Origin: Actinomycetota bacterium
GTDB lineage: Bacteria > Actinomycetota > Thermoleophilia > Solirubrobacterales > 70-9
NCBI GenBank assembly: GCA_018268605.1
Contig: JAFDWG010000315.1
Span: 2,127-66,126, forward strand
Direction of reading: 5' to 3'
DNA: 64,000 nt
Below, piece by piece: positions 35,448 through 43,963 of the stretch. Position numbers and translations under genes: made by a program. Below the pieces are notes generated by a model. That model made no database searches, had not been told where the DNA came from, and saw nothing but the letters and a program-made list of their open reading frames with translations. Each line of letters begins with the position of its first letter. The stretch's first letter is position 1.

Positions 35448-36283
35448 ACAGCCACCTTGACGCTGATCCCGGCATCGACGGTAAGCGGTAGCCCAGTCAC
35501 GTACCGAGCCTCATCGGAGGCGAGGAAGAGCACTGCGTTGGAGACGTCGCGGTTCTCGACCCAGGGGACAGGCAGCAGGTTCATGTTGGTCGAGACCTCG
35601 ACGATGTCGTCCTTGGTCGGATTGTCGAGGTCGGGCCGGAACATCCTGAAGACCTCCCCATGCATGATCATCGGTGTGTCGACCTGAGTGGGGCAGACAG
35701 CGTTCACCCGGATCATCTCCGGACCCAGCTCGTTGGCGAATGCGCGCATGAGCCCGATCGCTCCGTGCTTGGCAGCAACGTAGTGCGCCAGCCCCGGTGA
35801 GCCGATCAGGCCTGCGGCCGAGGCGCAGATGACCACCGACCCGGCGCGTTGGGCCAGTAGTGTCGGCGCCGCCGCTTTGATCGAGTGCCAGACGCCCTTC
35901 AGGTCGATGTCGATCATCTCGTTCCAAGCGGCATCGCTGATTTCGTGACCGGGCGCGTAGGAGGCGATTCCGGCATTGGCGACGACGATCTCAAGGCCGC
36001 CCAGCTCGGCGATCCCGTCGGCAACCCCGGCCGCCAGCTTCTCGTAGTCGCGCACGTCGACCTCGCGGGTGACCACCCGGCGACCCTCCGCCTCGACCAG
36101 GCGCGCGGTCTCGGCCAGGTCGGCGGCATCCGCCATCGGGTATGTCACGGTGTCGACCGGCCTGCAGATGTCGACGGCGATGATGTCGGCGCCCTCCTCG
36201 GCCAGCCGCACGGCGTGACTTCGCCCCTGGCCACGACCCGCACCGGTCACCAGCGCGACCTTCCCTTCGACTCTTCCGGACAA
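35444..36283 (-). CDS. SDR of the carveol-dehydrogenase / mycofactocin-coupled subfamily
   Basis: The TTG start at 36283 follows AGGAGGAAAAA. GKVALVTGAGRGQGRSHAVRLAEEGADIIAVDIC...AHYVAAKHGAIGLMR. Confidence 0.85.
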   Translation of the reverse strand: MSGRVEGKVALVTGAGRGQGRSHAVRLAEEGADIIAVDICRPVDTVTYPMADAADLAETARLVEAEGRRVVTREVDVRDYEKLAAGVADGIAELGGLEIVVANAGIASYAPGHEISDAAWNEMIDIDLKGVWHSIKAAAPTLLAQRAGSVVICASAAGLIGSPGLAHYVAAKHGAIGLMRAFANELGPEMIRVNAVCPTQVDTPMIMHGEVFRMFRPDLDNPTKDDIVEVSTNMNLLPVPWVENRDVSNAVLFLASDEARYVTGLPLTVDAGISVKVAV

Positions 36284-36292
36284 TTTTTCCTC

Positions 36293-37594
36293 CTATGCCT
36301 TGGTGAAGCGGATCGGCAACGACTTCAGACCGCTGACGAAGCTCGATTGCTTGAGGCGCGGCTCGCCGGCCAGTTCGACTTTCCCGATCCGCGGCAGAAG
36401 CTCTTCGAAGAGCACTCGCATCTCCAGTTTCGCCATGTGCAGCCCCAGGCAGATGTGCGGCCCATAGCTGAACGAGAGATGTGGGTTGGGGCGCCGGGTG
36501 ACGTCGAATCGGTAGGGGTCGGGGAAGACGCTCTCGTCGCGGTTGCCGGAAACGAACAGCGCCATCACCCGATCCATTGCCTTGATCGGAGCGCCCTGAA
36601 ACTCGACGTCGCGAGTCGCGTTGCGCATGAAGTGCTTGGCGGGGGTCGCGTAGCGCAGCGACTCGTCGACGAGTCCCGGCGCCAGGGAAAGGTCGGTGCG
36701 CACCCGCTCGAGCTGTTCCGGGAAGCGGATCAAGCCCAGCATGCCTGCGCTGAGTGCCGAATTGGTGGTGTCGTGGCCGGCGATCGCGATCGAGGCGGCC
36801 ATGTGGTTCTGGACGATATCCGGCAGGAGCTCGCCCGACGAGGTGTGGGAGTTGACGATGTCGCTGGTCATGTCGCCGTTCGGCTGGGCAAGCCGGTCGC
36901 TCCGCATGACCTCGAAGTACTCGTAGAAGTCCTGGACGGCGGCGTGCCACTGTTTCGCCATCGCCTCGGGACTGGTCTCCACCTCGTCACGCTTCCAGTC
37001 GGGGTCGTCGCCGCCGAAGGTGTCCTGGGTCCACCGCAACATCTTGCGGTAGTCCTCGTGCGGAACGCCGATCGTCTCCATCACCGCGGTCAATGGGTAT
37101 TGCATCGAGAGCGTCGCGACGAAGTCGCATTCCCCGTCGTGGTCGAGCAGGCGATCGACTGCGTCGCGAGCGATCCGGCGAAAGCGGTCGGCGTACTTCA
37201 GCACCGCGCCAGGCTCGAAGACGGGCTTCAGGGCCCGGCGATACTCGGTGTGTTCGGGAGGCTCCATGTAGGAGAGATTGCGGAGCACCTTGGTGGTGCC
37301 GTCGAGCATGCCGCGCAGGTATTCGTCGCCGGCCATCGGCTGCAGCATGATGTTGGCGTCGGCATTGTGAAAAAGATCGGCGTCGCGTAGTGCCTCCTTG
37401 ATGTCACCGTGCCGCGCCAGTAACCAGACCGGGTCGTAGCCGTCGATCTGGGCCAACCCGACCGGCAGGTTGCGCCGTAGCCAGTCGCAGGCCGGGAAGA
37501 CGGTCCCCTCCAGGTCGGCGTAGGAGGACGGCAGCATCACCGCCCTTGCGATCTCGTCCGGGACGGCCAGCCGATCGGTGGTCGGGGCGGTCAT
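36293..37594 (-). CDS. Cytochrome P450
   Basis: Heme loop FSYGPHICLGLHMAKLE. I-helix AGHDTTNS. EXXR (ESLRY). Confidence 0.9.
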   Translation of the reverse strand: MTAPTTDRLAVPDEIARAVMLPSSYADLEGTVFPACDWLRRNLPVGLAQIDGYDPVWLLARHGDIKEALRDADLFHNADANIMLQPMAGDEYLRGMLDGTTKVLRNLSYMEPPEHTEYRRALKPVFEPGAVLKYADRFRRIARDAVDRLLDHDGECDFVATLSMQYPLTAVMETIGVPHEDYRKMLRWTQDTFGGDDPDWKRDEVETSPEAMAKQWHAAVQDFYEYFEVMRSDRLAQPNGDMTSDIVNSHTSSGELLPDIVQNHMAASIAIAGHDTTNSALSAGMLGLIRFPEQLERVRTDLSLAPGLVDESLRYATPAKHFMRNATRDVEFQGAPIKAMDRVMALFVSGNRDESVFPDPYRFDVTRRPNPHLSFSYGPHICLGLHMAKLEMRVLFEELLPRIGKVELAGEPRLKQSSFVSGLKSLPIRFTKA

Positions 37595-37607
37595 CTCTCC
37601 TCCTCGA

Positions 37608-38420
37608 TCAGTAGGCGGTCCAGCCGCCGTCGATCGGCAGCTCGACCCCGGTCACGAATTTGGACTCCTCCGAGGCGAGCCAGACGACGGCGTCGCTGAC
37701 GCTCTTGGCAGGCAGCCACTCGATCGGCAGCAGATGGCGGTTATTGGTGATGTAGCGCGGGTTGAGTTCGGCGGCGCGCTCCACGGTGCCGCCCTCGAGC
37801 AGCATCGGCGACTCCACGCCGCCGGGGCAGAGGGCGTTGACGCGGATCCAATGCGGGCCAAGCTCGAAGGCGAGGACCCGCATCATGTTGATGACCCCTG
37901 CCTTCGCCGCGCAGTAGGCGGCGGCCCCGGGCTGCGGCGTGAATCCGTTGGCCGAGGAGGTGAGGATGATCGACCCGCCGCGATCGGCCGCGAGCATCCC
38001 CGGGATGAAGGCTTTGGCGACCTTGAAGACGCCGGTGAGCATCACGTCGACCGTCTCCTCGAAGTGCTCCTCCGACGTCTCCCAGGTGTTGGCCGCGACG
38101 TTCCACATGCCGTGGTTGATGCAGAGGACATCAACCGCGCCAAACTCCTCCATCGTCCGGGCGGCCAGCGCCTTCATGGCCGGCAGGTCGCGGGCGTCCG
38201 CCTTCATCGTGAGGCAGGACCGGCCCTCGGCCTCGACCAGACGCGCCGTCTCCTCGAGCTCGTCGCTCGTCGACCCGGGCGTGGTGACGGTGCGCAGCGG
38301 CTCACAGATGTCGAAGCCGACGATCGAGGCGCCCTCGCGCGCCAGCGCCACGGCGTGCGAGCGGCCCTGGCCGCGCGCGGCGCCTGAGATCACCGCGACC
38401 TTCCCGTCCAGTCGACCCAT
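37608..38420 (-). CDS. SDR of the carveol-dehydrogenase / mycofactocin-coupled subfamily
   Basis: ORF trimmed to the ATG at 38420, which follows AAGGAGGAGAAGG. MGRLDGKVAVISGAARGQGRSHAVALAREGASIVGFDIC...AAYCAAKAGVINMMR. Confidence 0.85.
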   Translation of the reverse strand: MGRLDGKVAVISGAARGQGRSHAVALAREGASIVGFDICEPLRTVTTPGSTSDELEETARLVEAEGRSCLTMKADARDLPAMKALAARTMEEFGAVDVLCINHGMWNVAANTWETSEEHFEETVDVMLTGVFKVAKAFIPGMLAADRGGSIILTSSANGFTPQPGAAAYCAAKAGVINMMRVLAFELGPHWIRVNALCPGGVESPMLLEGGTVERAAELNPRYITNNRHLLPIEWLPAKSVSDAVVWLASEESKFVTGVELPIDGGWTAY

Positions 38421-38467
38421 CCTTCTCCTCCTTTCTCGGTACCTTCCCAAGGCTGGCCGAGAGTTCG

Positions 38468-38494
38468 CTAAACAACCGAGCGGTTGGTTGCTAG
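38468..38494. promoter_or_regulatory. Operator-like box I
   Basis: CTAAACAACCGAGCGGTTGGTTGCTAG, a palindrome AACAACCG-AG-CGGTTGGTT, located 48 nt upstream of the SDR-P450 operon start. Confidence 0.5.
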
Positions 38495-38513
38495 CGTAGC
38501 AGGGGAACTCCTC

Positions 38514-38900
38514 TCAGGCGAGCCCCATGCGGACCCGGAGGCGCTCGGCACGCAGCTGCCGCACCCGGCTGCTCATCATCTCGGGGTCCCAGTCGAGGCC
38601 GCGGTCAAAGCTCACCTCGAGATCCCGTACGCCCGGCAACCCGAGCACGCGCTTCCGCAATTCGTCGCGGAAATAGCCGACCATCACACAGGTCGGGGAG
38701 GTGAGGCGCACGGCGACGGCGACATTGCCGTCCTCGTCGATCTCGACCCCTTCGATCAATCCCATCTCGTCAAGTCCGAGGGGAAGATCGGTGGCCAGGC
38801 TGCAGGGGTCCTTGATCTCGTCGGCAATCTCTCGGATCTTCTGTTCGAGCGGGGTATTGCTCTCGTACGGAGGAACCTCGTTATCGTCGCCGCGGCGCAT
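38514..38900 (-). CDS. DUF59 / MIP18-family metal-sulfur cluster protein (PaaD-like)
   Basis: IKDPCSLATDLPLGLDEMGLIEGVEIDEDGNVAVAVRLTSPTCVM...WDPEMM. Confidence 0.75.
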   Translation of the reverse strand: MRRGDDNEVPPYESNTPLEQKIREIADEIKDPCSLATDLPLGLDEMGLIEGVEIDEDGNVAVAVRLTSPTCVMVGYFRDELRKRVLGLPGVRDLEVSFDRGLDWDPEMMSSRVRQLRAERLRVRMGLA

Positions 38901-38912
38901 CGGTGAGCCTGC

Positions 38913-40037
38913 TCAGGGGGCCGGGGCGCCGACCGGCGTGGCGCCGGCCACCACCTTGTCGGCGACGCTCGTCGTCGAGTACGGCGCGGGGGGATGCGCG
39001 GGGTCGAAGTCGAACTCGTCATCGGCGATTCCGCGCTTCAGAGCGTCGATGTCCATGCCGTGCATCCGGGCGTAGTTCTCGCCGAGGATCTTCCGCTTGT
39101 GCTCCTTCGTAAGCTGCGGGATCGGCGTGAAGAGTCCGAATTCTTCGCGGGTGCGGTCGTCGAATTCGAAGGCCTCGAACGCTTCGAGGCAGGGGCGCGG
39201 GTGGTATTGCATGGTCCCGGTCCCCCAGCACAGCCGATCGAGGACGGGCTCGCCGCCGATGTGCAAGAGGCTCGCCAAAACCCGCCCGAACATCGCCGGC
39301 CTCGCCGCCAGGATGATGTTGAGCGACTCCGTGTTCACCCAGACGTTGGGGAAACGGGCGAGCAGCCAGGCGGTCTCCTCGGTGAAGGCGGCTCCCGCGT
39401 GGACGATCTCGAAGGTGAGGTCGGGGAATGCGTCGGCGGCGCGCTCGACGTCGCTGGGGTCGAAGGAGGGCCAGGTCGGCGAGGGGCCAAGGGGGATCGC
39501 CTTGTGGACCGCGATGATCTTGATCCCCCGTTCCGCCGCGGCTTCGAAGACGGGGTAGGCGACCTTCGGGTCGTCCATCCGCCAGGAGTCGTAACCGTCA
39601 ATTCCCCAACTCGTCGGATAAAGCTTCAACCCGATCGGCTTCAGCATGTCGACCTGTCGATCGAGCTCCGCGATCGCCGCGTCGCCGGTCATCGGGTCGA
39701 TCGCGGCATACGCACCGATGAATCGCTGGGGCCACCCGGACAGCGCTTCGAGGCACTTCTCGGGACTGGTCATCCCGTCCTTGTAGGCCATGATCGGCGT
39801 CGGGTGATAGACCGCAAAATCGGTGGCGCTCTCGTGGAACAGCATCGCGGCGGTATCCTCGGCCTTCCAGTCCCGCAGCACCGCCTCCGGCTCCAGCGCA
39901 TACCCCTCTGGCGCCTGGCTGACGATCCCGTAGACCATTTCGGTCACCGGGCGGGCGTACTCCGGATAGGCGAAGTTCTCCTCGCTCAGGTTGAAGCTAT
40001 GTGCGACCGCGTCGATGACGACCATGTCGTTCAGCAC
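38913..40037 (-). CDS. Amidohydrolase-2 family (TIM-barrel metal-dependent hydrolase/decarboxylase)
   Basis: ORF 38913..40202 trimmed to the GTG at 40037, 5 nt after GAGGAGAGGAGAG; an alternative start is the ATG at 40025. VIDAVAHSF...KLYP...IIAVHKA...FEIVHAG are family-like. Confidence 0.8.
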   Translation of the reverse strand: MLNDMVVIDAVAHSFNLSEENFAYPEYARPVTEMVYGIVSQAPEGYALEPEAVLRDWKAEDTAAMLFHESATDFAVYHPTPIMAYKDGMTSPEKCLEALSGWPQRFIGAYAAIDPMTGDAAIAELDRQVDMLKPIGLKLYPTSWGIDGYDSWRMDDPKVAYPVFEAAAERGIKIIAVHKAIPLGPSPTWPSFDPSDVERAADAFPDLTFEIVHAGAAFTEETAWLLARFPNVWVNTESLNIILAARPAMFGRVLASLLHIGGEPVLDRLCWGTGTMQYHPRPCLEAFEAFEFDDRTREEFGLFTPIPQLTKEHKRKILGENYARMHGMDIDALKRGIADDEFDFDPAHPPAPYSTTSVADKVVAGATPVGAPAP

Positions 40038-40071
40038 CCGACTCTCCTCTCCTCGGCCCTCGCGAGGCCAT

Positions 40072-40094
40072 AAACAACCAATCGACTGTTTGAT
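40072..40094. promoter_or_regulatory. Operator-like box J
   Basis: AAACAACCAATCGACTGTTTGAT. 14 of 18 positions are palindromic (CAACCAATCGACTGTTTG). Confidence 0.45.
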
Positions 40095-40170
40095 GATAGC
40101 GCTGCAGGCAAGCCGGTCAACTTCCGGGTGTTGGTGCGATCCGCCGATATGTGGGCCTCTGAGTGGGGGG

Positions 40171-40199
40171 TTGACCGTACTACCAGGCCTGTGTATGTT
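40171..40199 (+). promoter_or_regulatory. Putative promoter of the ABC importer operon
   Basis: TTGACC (40171-40176), a 17-nt spacer, then TATGTT (40194-40199). Box K starts 3 nt later. Confidence 0.4.
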
Positions 40200-40201
40200 C
40201 A

Positions 40202-40219
40202 ACCAACCGATCGTTTGGC
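40202..40219. promoter_or_regulatory. Operator-like box K
   Basis: ACCAACCGATCGTTTGGC, a palindrome ACCAACCG-AT-CGTTTGGC. Confidence 0.5.
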
Positions 40220-40303
40220 AAGGCTCTGCCTTGGCCGAGCGAACGCTTCCAGAATGGTGCCCCTGGGAAGGGCTCCGACCACCGAAACCTGAGGAGAAAT
40301 CAG

Positions 40304-41410
40304 ATGCGTACGCCGTTCAAGTTTCTGACGTTGCTGGCAGCTCTCGTCGCTCTGGCAGTCGGCGTGGCCGCCTGTGGTGGCGGCAGCAGCAGCACCAGCG
40401 GTGAAAGCACGTCGAGCAGCAATGAAGGTGCCTCGAGCGAAGCCGGCGGTTCTTCCTCGGGCGGCAAGATAGATCCCGGTCAGCGCACGATCGGGGTGCT
40501 CCCCAGCACGCTGCAGTCCGAACATCTCGCCCAGCGCATCGAAGAGCTGGAAGCGGCGGTGAAACCCTTCGGCTGGAAGATCGTCGTCGCCGACGGCCAG
40601 GCCAACCCGCAGGTGATGGAACAAGACATGCAGAAGCTGATCCAGCAGCACGTCGACGCGATCCTCACGATGGCGCTCGGTGGCGAAGAAATCCAGCGCG
40701 GCCTGGAAGCGGCCAAGGAAGCAAACATCCCCGTCCTCTCGCTGATCACCGAGCCCACCCCGCCGGAGGTGTCGAGCTTTGCCGGCACCTACGCCGACAG
40801 CAGCGTCGGACTGGGTGAACTCGGCGGCGAATACATCATCAAAGAACGAGGCGAAATCCCCGTCATCGGCGAGGAGCTCACGCAGAACTACGGTGGCCAG
40901 GCCTTCATCGACGGGATGCAGAAAGTCTTCAAGAAAGAAAACTTCGAATTCGAACAGCTGAAGGACACCGAACTCGCCAACCTGACGAACTCGATGACCC
41001 AGAACCTCGAAACGATGTTGCAGAGCGCGCCAAAGGGTCCGTTGACCGTCGTCGAGTTCAGCGATTTCGGCGCTCCGATCTTCCAGCCGATCCTGGAAAA
41101 GACCGGACGTGAAGCCGAAACCGCGGTGATGACGAGATACGAAGACCCGGCCTCGATCAAGGTCGCGAAAAACGGCCTCGAAGTCCTCTTCGTGACGACC
41201 GAAGCCTACAAACACATCTTCAAAGCGATCGAAGGCCTGATCGCCTACTGGACAGAAGAAGCGCCTCTCGAAACTGAAATCGAAAACCCCGGTGGCAAGG
41301 TGCGGGTCGTGTCCGAACTGCCGAAGGGCTCCGAACAGTTCTTCGACTTCCCCGAAGCTCTCAAAAAGCAGGAAGAAGAATGGGCAAGCAAGTACGAAAT
41401 GGCGGGCTGA
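40304..41410 (+). CDS. ABC transporter substrate-binding lipoprotein (periplasmic-binding-protein type I, sugar-like)
   Basis: Lipobox LAVGVAACGGGSSS. PBP-like alternating beta/alpha text. GC is lower than in the neighbouring genes. Confidence 0.8.
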   Translation: MRTPFKFLTLLAALVALAVGVAACGGGSSSTSGESTSSSNEGASSEAGGSSSGGKIDPGQRTIGVLPSTLQSEHLAQRIEELEAAVKPFGWKIVVADGQANPQVMEQDMQKLIQQHVDAILTMALGGEEIQRGLEAAKEANIPVLSLITEPTPPEVSSFAGTYADSSVGLGELGGEYIIKERGEIPVIGEELTQNYGGQAFIDGMQKVFKKENFEFEQLKDTELANLTNSMTQNLETMLQSAPKGPLTVVEFSDFGAPIFQPILEKTGREAETAVMTRYEDPASIKVAKNGLEVLFVTTEAYKHIFKAIEGLIAYWTEEAPLETEIENPGGKVRVVSELPKGSEQFFDFPEALKKQEEEWASKYEMAG

Positions 41411-42465
41411 GCGTGTCGCCTGGCCGCCCGGCGGACAGCACGATCCCTTCGACCGCGGGCGACGAGCCCGCCCTGCAGACTCCCCCGAGTGACCAGAACT
41501 GGCAGGCGCGAATCTCGCGCCTGCCAGTTCGGCAGTTGCTCTTGATCGGCAGCTTCCTGGTCATGGTGCTCGTCTTCTCACTGGCGAAACCGGACGGCTT
41601 TCCGACCTCGCAGAACGTGAAGAACCTGATCAACGAACTGCCGATCCTCGGCATGCTCGCGATCAGTGTCACCGTCGTCCTCGTGCTCGGCGAGTTCGAC
41701 CTCTCGGTTCCCAACGTGGCAGCCCTGAGCACGGTGGTGGTCTCGATCCTCACCGCGCAGGCAGGATTCGGCGTTGCGCCGGCGATCCTGGTCGCTCTGC
41801 TGGTCGCCGCGCTGGCCGGGACCGTCAACGGCGTCGGGGTCGGCTACGGCAAGGCGTCGGCCTTCGTCGTCACCTTGGCGGTGGGCTCGGTAGCGGCGGG
41901 GACGGAGCTCTTCGTGCAGGGGAGGATCGACGGCGGGTTGACCCAGATCACCCGGCTCGAACTTCCCGCCGGGCTGCTGACCTTGAGCAACACGCGGATC
42001 GCCGGGATCGAACTCGCGGTGATCGTCTTCCTGTTGATCGCGCTCGTCATCGGCCTCATCCTCGTGCACAGCCCGTGGGGCCGCCACGTCCAGGCGATCG
42101 GCGGGAACGAGGTGGCGGCGCGACTGGCCGGGGTGCCTGTACGGCGCGACAAGGTCATCGCCTTCGTCACCGCGGGAGCCCTGGCCGGGATTGCCGGCGT
42201 CCTCTTCGCTGCTCGCCAGGGGTATTTCTCCAACGCGCTGCCGCCGTACCTCTTGCCTGCCTACGCCGCAGCGTTCTTCGGCGCCGCTGCGGTCGGCCGG
42301 CGGGGCTTCTCGGTGCCGGCCACGCTGTTCGGGGTGCTTTACCTGTCGACCCTCTCGAACGGGCTGCGGGTGATGAACGAGCCGCTCTGGGTGATCAGCG
42401 TGATCCAGGGCGTCATCCTGCTCGTCACGGTGCTGCTTGCGCGTGCCGGGTGGCGGCGCGCGTGA
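41380..42465 (+). CDS. ABC transporter permease (ribose/xylose-type)
   Basis: Multi-TM protein with GEFDLSV and GGNEVAARLAGVPV motifs. The start is uncertain: 41380, or the GTG at 41413. Confidence 0.8.
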   Translation: MGKQVRNGGLSVSPGRPADSTIPSTAGDEPALQTPPSDQNWQARISRLPVRQLLLIGSFLVMVLVFSLAKPDGFPTSQNVKNLINELPILGMLAISVTVVLVLGEFDLSVPNVAALSTVVVSILTAQAGFGVAPAILVALLVAALAGTVNGVGVGYGKASAFVVTLAVGSVAAGTELFVQGRIDGGLTQITRLELPAGLLTLSNTRIAGIELAVIVFLLIALVIGLILVHSPWGRHVQAIGGNEVAARLAGVPVRRDKVIAFVTAGALAGIAGVLFAARQGYFSNALPPYLLPAYAAAFFGAAAVGRRGFSVPATLFGVLYLSTLSNGLRVMNEPLWVISVIQGVILLVTVLLARAGWRRA

Positions 42466-43946
42466 CCACCGAGACGCCGCTCCTCGAGGTCCGCGGGCTC
42501 GCCAAGCACTTCGGTGGGATCAAGGCGGTCATCGACGGCAACTTGACGGTCGGTCGGGCCGAGATGGTCGGGTTGGTGGGCCCGAACGGGTGTGGGAAGT
42601 CGACGATGCTGAACGTCGTCTCCGGCTTCCTGCATCCCGATCGAGGCACGGTACTGCTCGAAGGCGAGCCGCTGCCGCTCGGCAACCAACGCAAGGTGCA
42701 GGCGCGGGGTGTGCTGCTCGTCGCCCAGGAGCTCGCGCTGGCTCCTGAAGACACCGTCTGGCAGAGCGTGGTGCTCGGCGCCGAGCCGCGGCGGTTCGGG
42801 GCGATCGACCGTCGGCGCGCCCGACGAGTCGCCGCCGATGCCCTCGCCCTGCTCGGCCACGAGCTGCCTTTGGACGCCCCGGTGGGCGGGCTCACCCCAG
42901 TCGACCGACGGCTGGTCATGATCGCCAAGGCGGCGGCACATCCGGCGGCGCGCCTCCTGATCCTCGACGAGCCGACCGCGGGCCTGCCCCAGGCCGAGGC
43001 GCGGCGCGTGGTCGAGGCAATGAAGAAGTTGGTCACCCCCGACCGCTCGTTGGTCCTCGTGTCTCACCATATCGAAGACATCGTCTCCGCCTGCACGAAG
43101 GTGACCTTGATGCGGGATGGTCGCACGACCCGGACCCTGCGCGGCGCCGAGGTGACCAAGGACGCGATCGTCAGCGAGCTGCTGGCGGGCGTCTCTCAAC
43201 AGGCCCTGGCGCGCAACAGCGCCGGCTCTCATACCCTAGGAGAGGAGGTCGCCCGCCTCGACGAGGTCCGCGGAAACTACCTCGATGGTGTCTCCCTCAC
43301 CGTCCGCCGAGGTGAAGTGCTTGGCCTGGCCGGGATCCTCGGTTCGGGCGTCAGCGAGATCATCCAGCTGCTGACCGGGCAGATCCAGCCGAAGTCGGGC
43401 AAGGTCAGGGTGGGCGCTGCCGCCAAGACCCCGTCGGCGCCGCACCGGGTGCTCGGTGCGGGAGTCGGCTTCGTCTCGGGCGATCGTTCCAGCTTGGTGA
43501 TCCAGGGGATGACGGTTGCCGAGCACGTCGCCCTGCCCGCCCTCGACGAGCTCGCGATCGCCCGTGTGGCGGTCTCGCCCCGGCGCCAGCGCCGCTTCGT
43601 CGCCGATTCCCTCGCGGGGCTCTCGGTCAAAGGCCACCAGACCGCGATGATGACCTCGCTTTCGGGCGGCAATCAGCAGCGAGCGCTGATGTCGCGTTGG
43701 CTCGACACCGACGCCGACCTGTTGGTCGTCGATCAGCCGACCGTCGGCGTCGATATCCGCGGCCGGGCGCAGCTACTCGGCGTGCTCCGCGATTTGGCCG
43801 AGGACCGCGGCATCGTGCTGGCTGCCGAGCCGGAGGAGTTGGCAGCGATTTGCGACCGGGTGCTGTGCCTGCGGCGCGGCTCGGTCGTCGCCGAAATCTC
43901 CGCCTCGGAGCTCAGCGAGGCGTCCGTCGTCTCCGGTGTCGCCTGA
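42462..43946 (+). CDS. ABC transporter ATP-binding protein with duplicated ATPase domains
   Basis: ORF 42075..43946 trimmed to the GTG at 42462 (GTGA overlap). Walker A GPNGCGKST. Signature LSGGNQQR in the second half. Confidence 0.85.
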   Translation: MTTETPLLEVRGLAKHFGGIKAVIDGNLTVGRAEMVGLVGPNGCGKSTMLNVVSGFLHPDRGTVLLEGEPLPLGNQRKVQARGVLLVAQELALAPEDTVWQSVVLGAEPRRFGAIDRRRARRVAADALALLGHELPLDAPVGGLTPVDRRLVMIAKAAAHPAARLLILDEPTAGLPQAEARRVVEAMKKLVTPDRSLVLVSHHIEDIVSACTKVTLMRDGRTTRTLRGAEVTKDAIVSELLAGVSQQALARNSAGSHTLGEEVARLDEVRGNYLDGVSLTVRRGEVLGLAGILGSGVSEIIQLLTGQIQPKSGKVRVGAAAKTPSAPHRVLGAGVGFVSGDRSSLVIQGMTVAEHVALPALDELAIARVAVSPRRQRRFVADSLAGLSVKGHQTAMMTSLSGGNQQRALMSRWLDTDADLLVVDQPTVGVDIRGRAQLLGVLRDLAEDRGIVLAAEPEELAAICDRVLCLRRGSVVAEISASELSEASVVSGVA

Positions 43947-43963
43947 GGCTCGGTTCGTCGGGT

